Made by a program: the position numbers and the translations under genes. Below, piece after piece: positions 1 through 14,880 of a stretch of 64,000 bases of DNA; positions within the stretch are counted from its first letter, which is position 1; the number at the start of each line of letters is the position of its first letter. The notes under the pieces are model-generated. The model was not told the origin of the DNA, did not search any database, and saw only the letters and a program-made list of their open reading frames with translations. The stretch covers positions 62,001-126,000 of the forward strand of contig KE561117.1 in assembly GCA_000442015.1 (NCBI GenBank), written 5' to 3'. The DNA is from Rozella allomycis CSF55. Taxonomy: Eukaryota.

Positions 1-8
1 ATACCTGA

Positions 9-2010
9 CTAAATTAGTTTATTTAAATTGATATCAATAGTATTTTTGTTTCCAATCCTACCAACCGCGTCGACTACTTGTATGGATATTTTAACATTCT
101 CACCCACAGCTTGATAATTGTAATTCGCCACAAAGTAGCAATTTAGTCCAGCTATACCATGCAACTCATCATTCAAATAAATATGATAACATTGATAAGG
201 GAAGCACTTGTAATCATCTGTTTCAATGTCCCAACTGATTTCAAATGAACAAATTTGGTCGTTGGATCTATCAACATTTAGCACGCGCATGTTTTCAACG
301 CTAAAATGGTCTGAATTAGAAAAGTCGGAGTACATTGAGACAGCACCAAGATAGAACTTGGAATCATGAAGGTAGTCGAAAAGAATATTTAATTCTGATA
401 TCTCAACACATTGATGAAAATTTAGGATAAGAGTCAAGTCACTCCAACTATTGATTGTCTCAAAGCTATAGGCTTCTATAACCATGTGTTCATCTGACCA
501 CAAAGGAATCTGTTTCGGATCCAAGGGAAACTTTATGTTATTGCCTTGGCTGAACGACAACTTGATAAAAGGATATTGATTGTTGCTACTAAAAAATATC
601 ACTTTAAAATTTATGGCGCTTGAGCTCTGTAATTGTAGTTTAAATAAAGGGATTTCTACGTTGAAGAAAGGCGTGGATTCTGCCGCCAAAAGAAGAGAAC
701 AACCTTTATGAAAGACTTTCTCATGACAGAACTTGTAAATAAAATTAGAAGAATCAATTTTAGAATTTAGAATAAATCTATATGTTGGCTGAAGACTTTG
801 AAGTGTTAGGTTTGACCATTCCCCATGTTTAAGCTTAATCCCATCAACCCAATATCCATTCCTGCCATACCCTTGGCAAAAATCTGTATAAAAAATTGAT
901 GACTTTGGTAGCGCAAAAGGTTCCACGTATCCGGATATACTCTGCAAGGCTATCCAAATTTGACTAAAATTATTACCTTCCCAAATCTTTGCGTTTTTCT
1001 TTGTAATCCAAAACTTTATTTCGTTTTCTTCAAATTCACTTTTGTCTTTTGATTCATATGTCCAGGCAGGTGCGAATAAGGCACATGAAGTGCCAGCATC
1101 GGCTATGACTTGGAGGGCCTTTGAAAAAATTAAAATTAAGTTTAATACTTTGTAAGTATCATAACCACCTCCACCATATGTATTTCTACCCCAAATATCA
1201 ATTCCGGTATAAACTTTTCTGGCGCGTTCTTTGGCTAGAATTGCAGATTCTCTTGGATGCATTACACTCCAAAAGTAATTAATAAATATTCCATCAGCGA
1301 CATTGAAAAATGGAAGATTCAATTGATTCAAACGGTTTTGCCACTTTATTTCACCATCAATTGTTAAGCTGTCATACCAAATGACTTTTCCATGTGGTAT
1401 TCTCTCATGGATCTTCAATTTCAGGCATTTCACAAAGTTTAATAGCTCTGGTACTAGACTATCAGGTAGTGGACTCTCAATATTAATAAACCACCCATCG
1501 AATCCATAATACTCTGCAAGTTTAACAAGAATATCAACATAATGGAATTGCCCAAACTCATTTCTTCTGACTACGTTAATGTTATTTGTTATCCCGTCTT
1601 TTCCCTCAGTTATTATGGTTCCCTATTCTCATCTATTTCAATTCTCTGTACCAAGACTATGACACCGTCTTTATGGGCTGCATTTATCCAACAGGGCGTA
1701 GGTATTGTTATTAAGTGATGGGAAAAATAGATGAATATATTGATATACTGCCAGTACTGAATGTTGTAACATACACTTGTTGACCAGTTTCCTTGAATTA
1801 AAGAATCCTCCTTGTACCCTATTTTGATAGATATTAAAAGTTACCACCCATCATGTCATGACAGACAATAACTTCTAAACAATTCTCTGGTATACTGCGG
1901 GGCGTGAAAGGATAAAATCTTTTGGCAAATTTTTCATGATCATGGGCAATTTCTTTGTTCCAGTTATCAACTTCCTCCAAAGACGTTAAAGGCTTCGAAT
2001 GCGGTTCCAT
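9..2010 (-). CDS. ENGASE: Cytosolic endo-beta-N-acetylglucosaminidase (GH85)
   Basis: Spliced model MEPHSKPL..VCHDMMGGYKED..VLGTIITE..DGIFINYFW..VYTGIDIWGR..ALFAPAW; introns 1819-1844 (26 nt), one of 29 nt, and in-frame 1119-1148 (30 nt). Confidence 0.9.
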
Positions 2011-2081
2011 CAAAACTTGAACGCCACAAATCTTTTAACTTTTTTAAGATAAAGACGGTAATAGATTTTTATTTTTTACAT

Positions 2082-3144
<1,063 letters not shown>

Positions 3145-3395
3145 TCAATGAACCAGGGTTGAACAAGTCGCTATATTTATTATTCATATCATTTAATTTT
3201 CTTACAAAGATATGGAACATTACGCTGTAAAGAGCACGTGACAACTAAGAGTCTGGACTAAACTAAACCAAAAGTTCAAATTCACACACTGTTCATTCGA
3301 TAAATTACAGCATGAAATCCATGCATTCGAAAAAAAGGCGGTGATAAACTTATAAAGTTTATTACTGTGGCACTTGGGAAAATTCAGAAATCGAA

Positions 3396-3631
3396 ATGGT
3401 GAAACCAAGTCAAGTTACGAAAGATCGACACTTATCAAGGTAAAACACTGCAATTACTTAAATAGGGATGGTGCTTCACACTCAGAAAAAAAGCATGGAG
3501 CCGGAAGACACAATTGGGGAACATATGAGGATGAATTGGACGAAGTCGGTGTTACTGCCGGAGAAGTTTATGATGACAAGACTGTTAATTCCATTGTGGA
3601 ACCCAATAGTCCAATCGAGAAGAAGAAATAA
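3396..3631 (+). CDS. Small HABP4/STF2-like RNA-binding protein
   Basis: MVKPSQVTKDRHLSR|DGASHSEKKHGAGRHNWG after removing intron 3440-3465; DRHxSR and KKxGAGxxNWG motifs. Confidence 0.7.
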
Positions 3632-4436
3632 ATGAGTCTTTTGTCCCTTTACCCTTTCTAATTTTACACACAGCTAGTATCCATAAAATCAGTGGCAGCA
3701 ATATTCAAAATACCTTAAAAAGATAAAAAAAAGTCCATCCGGCGATGAATTATTTAAAATAATATGAGAATATCCTTATAGTAAATTGTGTTCGATGTTC
3801 CCTATTTCTCGTAATGAACCCTTCCTATGATCATTTAACAANTTATGATCATTTAATAATTAATCTATTTCTATTTAAAAAAATACTTCTACCTATCACA
3901 CTCGAGCAAAAAATCGTCGCGTTTTTTATTCAAGTCCAGCATTGTCTTGATCGCTGCAATTATTTAACAAGGATCTAAACGTATGTCATGTCATACTTCA
4001 CTGCGTACAATATCGGTCGAAAGTATATAATTTATTGTCGATAAAAATGGAATATTCAATGGTAATGCGTTTTGGGTAATACTGCTATAATGCCAGAAAA
4101 ATTGACTGGACATTTGTTGCCGAATGTTCGCGGCACTAAAACGAGCCCACTGAGATGTCGAGAAAAAATAGAAATGATGAACTATACGACATTTTAAAAT
4201 GAGATTAGCTTTATCCGGAACGGAAATTGCCACAATCTCGGCAATCATTGTGACAATATACGTATTTGGGATCAGGAATGCCGAAGACAAAGATCATTTC
4301 TCGCCGCAGAAATTATTTTCAATCCAGAATGTAATTTGTAAATATCGTTGTGATTTATTACCATTTATTGTGAACTTTGTTTATAAATGATGCCCATCAA
4401 ATCCACGCGTTTGTGGCTTGACCAGACCCAGACAGA

Positions 4437-5549
<1,113 letters not shown>

Positions 5550-5654
5550 ATTCAAAATTTTGCACATTTTCATTTTCATTTTTCGACATATCACTTGTAA
5601 ATATTCATTTCTAATTTATGTTACACCGCTAAGAATGTTTACAATTTATAGAAA

Positions 5655-5915
5655 ATGGATAAATCCGCCAGTTCAACAGGTTCTTTTCATACTAAAGAAA
5701 CGGCCTATGAAACACTTTACTATCAAGGGAAATTAACTTACGAAAGTGTCGATTCCTTAATTGGTCAAAGTATGGACCTTCAAGAGAAAATTGAGCCAAA
5801 TGAATTTCAATCCATGTCGTCTCTTGGCTCATTAATTGATGAAGACTTTACAAAGCTTGCAATGAAGCAAAGAACAGTAAAATTTGTTGACGAAGAAAGT
5901 GAAAAGAAGAAATAA
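5655..5915 (+). CDS. Hypothetical 86-aa protein
   Basis: ATG-initiated ORF filling the space between two genes; AATAAA overlaps the stop; no motif recognised. Confidence 0.5.
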   Translation: MDKSASSTGSFHTKETAYETLYYQGKLTYESVDSLIGQSMDLQEKIEPNEFQSMSSLGSLIDEDFTKLAMKQRTVKFVDEESEKKK

Positions 5916-5939
5916 AGACTCTCAAAATCGCAATTCTTT

Positions 5940-7148
5940 TTATTTTGGTTCCAGTAGATTTAGAGCCTCGTTGACTTTATCGTTTATCATTTTAAGCTCT
6001 TCAATTAAATTTTTGAGTACGGGTTTAATAGATACGAACGAATGATAGAATCCAGGATATCGAGTATCATATGGATCCAACCGATTTAATTCTATCTTTA
6101 AATTTGCATATTTTGATGCGTTTTGATAATATTCATGTTTTAATTTTTCGTATTGATCTTTTAACAACTTCAACTCTTCTTTATTCCTTGACTTACCAAG
6201 AGAAACTTCGATTTCTTTATTGTGTTCAAGCAAATTTTCTATTTCTTCCAACTTTTGTTTTAAAGCTGCATTATCAACCAGGGATAATCGTTCTGAAGCA
6301 AGTTTAATGTTTTTCTTTAACAATTGCAGATCACTAAAGGGAATACTCTCTGTAGAAACAAATGGAAAGAATTCATGTTTGAGTGTGTAAGTAGAATTTA
6401 CAGCGTCGCGCGTAGAGATTTTTTGCAATATTGTGTTAATTTCAGCTATAGATTTGCCTGTAATTTTAGTTAATGAAGAAATAGACAAAGAATGAACAGC
6501 AAGAGCATTAACAACAGGAAGGAACGCCGGATATTTAGAAAAATCAAATTCTTCTTCTTTGTTCTCTATCATTACAACATCGTTGTCACTTAAGTCTTTT
6601 GCTTTTTTCGCTTCAGAAATGTCCTTGATGCTTTTAAAAGGTAATTCATTTCTATTACAAAGCAATAAAAGCCTTACATTTTAAATGGTGAATTTTGTGC
6701 GAGAATTTTCTGTTTCTTTTTCGGCGTAGAGAATATTGGGGAAATTAGTTTGCTTCTAAATTGAAGACACGTATTCCAATGTACTGCTTTAAATGTCTAG
6801 ATTTTTCAGCTTCTTCAGTTTTCATCTTAAGTTTTTGTGTATTCAAATTATCAGCAATAGCTTTAACATTAATCTTCTGTTTAACCAGCCCTTCTTGATT
6901 CAGCAAGTCCTGGTTCACTTCTCGATAACACAAAACAGTTTGTTTCTCACTCTCCACCTGTAAATGATACCTCCTATCATTAACTATTTAGTTTATGCGG
7001 ACTACTTACGATAAAATGATTTATCCTGCAATGACAACTTTATACTAGTTCCTTTTAGAGATCTAGAATCTTCAATAACAGATCTCACCTCCTCGGGAAG
7101 TCTTATTATGAATGCTGTTTTAAGGTCCTTTGATGCAGATAATTTCAT
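5940..7148 (-). CDS. Probable RNA polymerase II elongation factor ELL-like protein
   Basis: Three 26-29 nt introns join the ORFs; the ALAVHSL..ILQKI..YTLK segment resembles the ELL middle domain, followed by a C-terminal coiled coil. Confidence 0.45.
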
Positions 7149-7165
7149 TCAACTAAACTGTCTCC

Positions 7166-7172
7166 AAGCCAC
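7166..7172 (+). promoter_or_regulatory. AAGCCAC start-proximal element (representative copy)
   Basis: Same 7-mer within about 20 nt of nine inferred start codons in this window. Confidence 0.6.
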
Positions 7173-7173
7173 T

Positions 7174-8200
7174 ATGGTTTCTTTTGGCCAAGTAAATGAA
7201 ACTTTACTAAAATATAATTAGATTGTCATAGGTCCACCAGGATCAGGGAAGAGTACATATTGTAATGGAATGTCACAACTTTTAAATCAAACAGAGAGGT
7301 AGGGTCAACCACTCATTTGAAATAGGCCATGTATTGTAGTCAATATGGATCCTGCAAATGATTTTCTACCGTAGGATTATTTGATCGTCTTAACCAGATA
7401 TGACTGCGCACTGAATGTAATGGATCTTGTCTCGTTGGAAAAAGTTATGGAGAGTGAAGGGTTAGGACCCAATGGGGGTAAAGTTAGAATGTTTCCCTTA
7501 AAATTAGGAACCATTTATTGTATAGAATATTTGCATGATCATTTTGATTGGTTGGAGAATGCATTGGAACCATATTTGAAAGAAAATTATTACATTATTT
7601 TTGATTGTCCTGGACAAGTCGAGTTATTTACTCATATAACTTCAATGAAAGGGATACTTGGAAAACTTCATAAATTGGACTTGAGAGTAATCATAAATTT
7701 TACTTTTAATAGCTTTGTGCCATACAACTATGCGATTCTTCTTATTGCATGGACCATACCAAATACATATCAGCTCTTTTGCTTTGCTTAAAAACAATGC
7801 TGCATATAGAACTACCAATGATCAACGTGCTTTCGAAAATTGACCTTGTTGAAAACAGCACCCTTCGTAAATGATATATTTCAATCCAATGTGTAGTTTA
7901 TGAACTTTCTTTTTATAAAGAAGCTAGTGGATTAGAATATTTATTAGAGAATCTAAATGTTGACAAGTTTGGGATTAAATTCCAGAAACTAAACGAAGCG
8001 ATTTGCGAACTGGTAGAGGATTTTAGTCTCGTCTCGTTCGAAACGTTAAACATTCAAGTATTATTTACTTTGCAGTGAAATAGGATAAAGATAGCGTCTG
8101 CTCATTAATAAAACAGATAGACAAGGCGAATGGATTTGTGCCATTTACCCAAAAGGAAGCGTATGGGACTTCCAAAGAGATATTTGCATCTGATAAATAA
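7174..8200 (+). CDS. GPN2: GPN-loop GTPase 2
   Basis: FGQIVIGPPGSGKSTYC, VNMDPAND, GLGPNGG, FDCPGQVELF; seven introns. Confidence 0.9.
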
Positions 8201-8348
8201 ATTTTTTGCCACAGCCAGCGTTTATTGCATAATAAGTCAATATTTCAATGTGTCAAAGGTATGACGTTTGAGAAAATTCTTTAATGCGCAAAGAATAAAG
8301 AATTGCTAGGAAACAAGGGACCCCTGCCAACACATTTGCAAACATAAA

Positions 8349-8981
8349 ATGGATACAACGGCCTCAGCACAGTTTATCACCAAGAAGCCAAAACTTGGTG
8401 GAATTACTTCTGGAGATGGCCAGTCGTTGACGAAAAGGTAGTCAGATTCAACTTTTCTTATCATCTAGACTTCAAACAGAGCTTACTCACCTCATGGTAA
8501 ACGTTTATAGAAAAATTTAGTCAAAGATGAATGGTATCAAGGGAGTAACTGCTTTCCCTGAATCAGACAATATGCGTTTCTGGAAAGGAACAATAATCGG
8601 CCCAGTTGGCACGGTATATGAATCACTAGAGTTTAAAATCTCAATCAATTTTCCTAATAACTACCCATATTCTCCTCCGACAATCAAATTCGATACAACA
8701 TGCTACCATCCTAATGTCGATCTTGCATCTGGAGCGATCTGTCTGGATATTTTAAAAGTAAATGTAGTAAATTATAATGATAGGATAAATGGTCGGCAGC
8801 ATACACTGTTCAAACGATCCTTTTATCTTTGCAAAGTTTGCTCGGTGAACCAAACAATGATTCTCCACTTAATAACCATGCTGCACAGTTATGGTCAAAT
8901 CCAGCAGGTACGGATAACAAATTAATGTCACAAGAATTTCAAAAAGAAGTGAAGAAACGATATGAAGAATTAAAGAAATAG
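8349..8981 (+). CDS. UBE2C: Ubiquitin-conjugating enzyme E2 C (E2-C/UbcH10-like)
   Basis: [55 protein letters not shown]; four introns. Confidence 0.85.
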
Positions 8982-9085
8982 AAAAAACACGACATTAAAA
9001 GTTTCATAAACAATATTATACATTATATTCTATTTAGTCCATTTTTCACTATTTTACATTTCTAGTTTTGGCGCGAAAATTGAAA

Positions 9086-9738
9086 ATGATTAAAGTTCTT
9101 TTTGTTTGTCTTGGTATTAAAATAATGGCTAGTTTAAAGGAAATATATGCCGCTCTCCAATGGCTGAAGCTGTTTTCCGTCACAAAGTTGAAATTAAAGG
9201 ATTACAAGACGCATTCCACATTGACAGGTAAAACTTGCAAATGAAATTAAGTGTAGTTGTGGAACAGGTATGTGTTAAACGTATAAATATTCAGCTTCAT
9301 ACCATATCGGAGAATCTCCTGACGAAAGAAGCATTAAAACGTGTGAAGATAATGGCATTGAAAGCATCAAAATGCATCGAGGGCGCCAGGTAAATTAGCA
9401 ATAGCCAATATATGCCGTTTTAGATTCAAAATTCAGATTTTATAGAATTCGATTACATTTTTTGTATGGATGAAAGCAATCTAGAAGACCTGATNTATGG
9501 ATGAAAGCAATCTAGACGACCTGATGGAGATCAAACCGGCAAACTCCAAAGCTAAAGGTAACTGCTGTTTAAAATAGTTATTAAAGTTGCATTAATTGGA
9601 TCTTTAGATCCTAGAGGGTGTAAAATCGTCAACGATCCATATTATGGCGGAATAAATGGATTCCATACCAATTTTAACCAACTCGCATATTACTCTGAAT
9701 TATTTTTAGAGCAGCTAGAAAAATCTAACCTGATTTAA
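9086..9738 (+). CDS. LTP1: Low-molecular-weight protein tyrosine phosphatase
   Basis: VLFVCLGNICRSPMAE P-loop, DSCGTASYH, DPYYGG; 11-nt microexon 9257-9267; duplicated 30-mer around n9495 is an assembly junction; absent from the ORF track. Confidence 0.9.
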
Positions 9739-9819
9739 AAAAGTATTTAATAAATTAGTTTCATTTGATAGAAACACTATGTTTTATACTAAGGGACGAC
9801 GCCACATAACCCTAGTAAA

Positions 9820-11800
9820 ATGTTTGGAAGTGGATTTGGCGCAAATCAGCAGCAAAACCAGCAACAGCAAACTCCGGGATTTGGTCAATCAAATACTGGC
9901 TTTGGTATTTAAAATTTGCAATAATAATACAGGTTTTGGGGCACAGCAACCAGGACAACAACCAGCAAGTGGATTTGGAGGGCAAACAGGTTTTGGAGCA
10001 AGTAAATTAATATAAAAAATTTTACGCAGCAAACAACAATGTTTTTGGAGCGCGTCCAGCGGCTAGTGGATTCGGACAGCCATCAACGACTACGAGTGGA
10101 GGATTTGGATTTGGAAATACTAGCGGGAATACCAGCGGCGGAATGTTTGGACAGCCGGCGAGCACGGGCTTTGGACAACCAGCGGCTGCATCAAGTGGAG
10201 GGTTTGGACAGCCAGCAACCGGAAGCACTGGATTTGGATTTGGAAGTGGTGCTCAAACTAGTGGATTTGGACAAACGTCGACAACTGGAGGGTTTGGTCA
10301 ACCGAGTACTAGTGGGAGTGCTTTTGGGCAACCTTCGACAAGTACGACTGGGGGAATGTTTGGGAGTTCGACAACTGGAAGCACATTTGGGCAACCTCCA
10401 GCTACTCCAGGAGGAACTTTTGGGAGCAGTGGGCTATTTGGACAACAGCAGCAACAAACGCCGAGTGCCTTTGGACAACAGCAGCCAGCGACTAGTGGAG
10501 GGATGTTTGGTCAGCCGGCAAGTAGTGGATTTGGAACATCAACACCAGCAACAAGTGGATTTGGTGGACAGAGTGGTGGAATGTTTGGACAAGGTGCGAA
10601 TACAGGATTTGGAGGCACCAGTAGTGGATTTGGAGCTCAAAATACAAGCGGTGGATTTGGGTCATTTGGCGCTAGTGGAGGGTTTGGATCAGCTGGGCAA
10701 TCTATGATACCTACGTCGGTTGTTGGAACAGGAAACCCACCATTTGTTCAAACAGAAGATACAGGAGACACAACCGTTGGATCACAAAAGAATTATTTTC
10801 AAAACATTTCAATGATGCCAGCGTATATCAAGAAGAGTTTGGAAGAGTTGAGATGGGAAGATTACCAGCAAGGGAAAAAGTTTCCTAAATCTTCTTTTGG
10901 GGCTACTAGCGGATTTGGTGGGCTATCAACAACTGCAACGAATCAACCAGCAACTACAGGAACGGGATTATTTGGACAAACTACTACAACAGCACCTGCC
11001 TTTGGAACCAATGTGACATCTAATCAGCAACCTAGTGGAGGTTTATTTGGACAGCCCAGTACAACAACGAACACCATGACATCAACATTTGGAAGCAATC
11101 AACAACAACCAACGGCCAGTTTATTTGGTGGAAATAAGTTTGGAACAACAACAACAACAACTCAACCAACTGGGGGATTGTTTGGAAATAATACTCAACC
11201 GGCTACAATAGGTGGATTATTCGGTCAACCAGCGTCAACAACTTCTGCACCTGCATTTGGATCTACTACTACCAGTACACAACCTTCTGGTGGATTATTT
11301 CAACAAAATACATGTAAGAAATTTAGTTGAATATTAATAGCAACTTTAACTCAGCCATCTTTTTCGTTTGGATCTACTCAGCCACAGCAATCTCAACCTG
11401 CGCCACAGCAGCAAACTACAACAACTACTGGAGGGTTTTCGTTTGGACAGCCTAGTGCTACAACTGGCAGTACGACAACACAGCCAGGTGGAATGTTTGG
11501 AGGGTTTGGATCTACTACAACTACTGNTTTGGAGGGTTTGGATCTACTTCAACTACTGGAGGACTATTTGGCAATACTAGTGCGAATAATACAACTACTG
11601 GAACAACTTCATTATTTTCTAATCCATCAAATACTACAAGTTCCTTTGGGGGCACGGCACCTTCACTATTTAAGCCACCAACGACTACAACGAATACAGG
11701 ATTTTCATTTGGAACTACGCAGCCTTCAACTACAACAACTGCTACTACAAATTCATTGTTTCCATCGAGTTCAACTGGTCAATTTTCATTTGGCGGGAAT
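9820..11800 (+). repeat. Low-complexity FG-repeat coding region
   Basis: Recurrent GGATTTGGA/TTTGGACAGCC units encoding GFG/GLFG/FGQP. Confidence 0.9.
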
Positions 11801-14734
11801 GCAGGGAGTAGCAATTTGATGACACCTAATAAGCCAAATTTAGTAGCAACCATTGATAGTCAATCGTATGTTCAATCTCCGTTATTTCAAAATCTGTCTG
11901 CTACGCCAGTTGTGAATAGATCGCCGGAAAAGAAGAATGTGACAGCGACACCAAAGTTTACGCCTCGATCTACAACAAAATTCAAGCCACGCTCTAGATT
12001 GAGTTTATTTGAGAGTAATCAAGGAGGAGAATCATCAATGTTGTCGCCAGAGTCTTTTGTTACCAGAAAGTCATTGAAAGAGTTGGTGATTATTCCGCAG
12101 TCAACGCCTACAGTGAATAGAGTGTCTCAGTTGAATCCAATAGCGTTGGCTACTCCTGTTAAGAGCCAAAGTAAGTTTGAGCAAGAGGAAGTTGAAGAAG
12201 AAAAGTTGTATTTTATGAAGCCATCGTTGAATCAATTGAGGATGAAGAGTAAAGAAGAGTTGAAGAGGGTAGAGAATTTTGTTGTTGGAAGAAGGGGCTA
12301 TGGAAGTGTAGAATTTTTGGAGAGTGTAGATTTGAGTGAAACAGAGTTGGACAAGATTGCTGGTTGTTTGGTTGTGTTTGTGGAAAAGGAGATTGCTGTG
12401 TATCCAGAAGAAATAAATAAGCCGCCAGTTGGCCAGGGGATGAATGTGCCAGCGCTTGTGAAATTGGAAAAGTGTTGGCCAGTGAAGAGATCTACGAGGG
12501 AGCCTATAAAGGATAAAGATAGTTTGGTGTTGAAGAAGCATGTGGAAAAGTTGAAAAAGGTTGAAGAGACAGAGTTTGTGGATTATTTGGTGGAGAATGG
12601 GGAATGGGTATTTAAAGTGAAGCATTTTAGTAAATATGGAGTGCCTGAAGATGAAGATGATGAGGAGGAAGAAGAAAAGGAGAATTTAGTTAATAAAAAT
12701 GTTAATGTGGAGGTTAAAAAGTAAATAAATTTTGTTTTACTTATAAGTTTTAAATGTAATTTTAAAATTGATGAGATGAGTGTAACTGAAGAAGAAGATG
12801 CAGTGCAAGATGAGATGGTTGAAGTGGTTGAATCTGTTGATGAAAGCTATGAAGAAGTCAGTGACAGTGAAGAGGATGAAGAGAATGAATTCAGTAGGGA
12901 AAGTGAAGAGGTTGAAAGTGAAGTCAGTGAAGCCATGAGTATTATCAGTGAAAATGAAAGTGAAAGTACTATCAGTGAAAGTGAAAGTGTTACAAGTAGA
13001 AATAGTCAGAATTCAATTGATGAAGAAGCATTGAGAGTTTCAATGAATGAAAATAATTTTCAAAGAGAATTTATTCCATCTAATGGGATTGAAGATTTGG
13101 AATTTCAAATGACGCCCATAACTAAAATAAATAGATCAACGTTTAATAAATATTACGAATCTTTCTTTAATCAAGATCAAGTAGAAATAAAACCCTTGAT
13201 GAAGAAGGATTTAAAAATAAAAAACAATGAAATCTTTCAAATTAAAAGAAGAAAAATTAATCTAAAAGATTCTCTATTTAAAAACAACAATGAATTAATT
13301 TCATTTAGACAATTTAGAAGATCTATTTTTAGATTAGAAATTGATAATTCTTTTTTAGATTCATTAAAATATTTTATTTCTGAAATTTCAAAAGATCCAA
13401 AATCTATTTTTAGTTTTAAACAATTTGAATTAAAAGAATTTGAAATTTATTCTATTTTGTTTGATGGTGAAATGTCTGTTTTTGAGAGAAAGCAATTATT
13501 AATTAAGTTTATCAAAAGCAATCCATCCACTCTGAAAGAGTCTAATCATTCTGAGGAATCTAAAGAGTCTAATCAGACAAGTGATTCTAATCAGTCAAAT
13601 GATTCTCTCCATTCAAAATCTTCTGTCTATTCAAATTCTCTCTATTCAAAATCTAATCCACTTTATTTAATTTTGGAAGCTCTGGTTGCGTTGGATGTAA
13701 AGAAAGCAACTTGCCTTTGCCATTTAAATAATTTTCATTTTCTAGCTTCAATTATCTCTCAATCCCCCGGTGATCTTTCTTTTAAATTAAACTGTAAAAA
13801 TCAATCTTCTTTTGAAACTTCAAATATTCTTTATAAAATTATTCTTGAATTGTTATCTGGATCTATTGACACTCTCTTTTCCATCTTCAATCTAGATTGG
13901 ACCCAAATACTCGGTCTTTACATCTTTTATGTTTTTCCTCTAAACACAAATCTAGATAAAATATTTCAAAGATTTTCTTCCTTTTATCAATCTAAATCTA
14001 AATCTCTAAATAATTTCCCTTTTCACTTTCTTAATCTATTTCATGACAAGGGTTACAATCCAATCTACTTTCTCAAAGATCAACATCCAATCCTGGCTTT
14101 AATTATTTCCAAAATTTTAATCTCTAAAAATATTATTAATCTCAAAGATGATTCTTTTCTCATCATGCAATCTGTCAATCATCTATTAAATGCAAATCAA
14201 ATAGATCTATCTATTCACGTGGCTTGTTTATTGAAAAATGAAAATCAAAAACTAAAAATAGTTTCTGAAATTTACAACTCTCACATTCACTTAATTGATG
14301 AACCTTTAAACAATGAATTCATTGAAATTTACCATCAAGCAAAAGCTTTATATTTCATTTCAAACAATCAACCAGAATCTGCCATTGACCATTTAATCAA
14401 AGCTAATTGTTTAGAAAAAGCTCATGAAATCATTCTCGATTTAATTCCTCTATTCTTTATTAAACAAAATTTCTCTTTAATTAAAACTTGGCTCAACTAT
14501 CCTCAACTGGAAAATGTTTTAAATCACAATTCTAAAATATTCAAACTCTTTATTGACAAGTTGGATGGTTTAAACGTAGACGCGGAAATTCAAAAGTGTT
14601 TGCAAAATCTGTCTTCTGCAAATATGCCAAAGTTGCATTTCGCTTGTATTGTCAAAATTAATCAGTCTATGCAGTCAGAGTTTAAAACTGTCAGTCAGAA
14701 AATTAAATCGATTCGTGACTCTACTTCTGAATAA
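9820..14734 (+). CDS. NUP98: Nup98-Nup96 nucleoporin precursor
   Basis: FG/GLFG-type repeats, GLEBS (ISMMPAYIKKSLEELRWEDY), autoprotease domain with HF|S (KVKHFSKYG); intron 12721-12747 joins it in frame to the 12776-14734 helical Nup96-like ORF; n11527 junction inside the repeats. Confidence 0.9.
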
Positions 14735-14880
14735 ATTTAACTATAACTGTTTGATTATATTTCTCTGCTTATTTTAGTTTATATTCCTTCCATAACTATT
14801 TGAGTATTTTTCTCTATGCAATTTATAATTTCTACTTTGCGAATTTCCAAAATCCCGCTCCATTGTTTACGTTTCATGAA

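Noticed and set aside
11527-11527. Apparent frameshift in Nup98
   Set aside because: Single-N contig junction with duplicated overlap
9820-11800. Repeat array resembling CRISPR or satellite DNA
   Set aside because: Degenerate coding repeats of FG motifs; no constant repeat-spacer structure
10022-12625. Alternative-frame and antisense ORFs over Nup98 (e.g. 10039-10707, 12101-12625)
   Set aside because: By-products of FG-repeat low complexity and base skew
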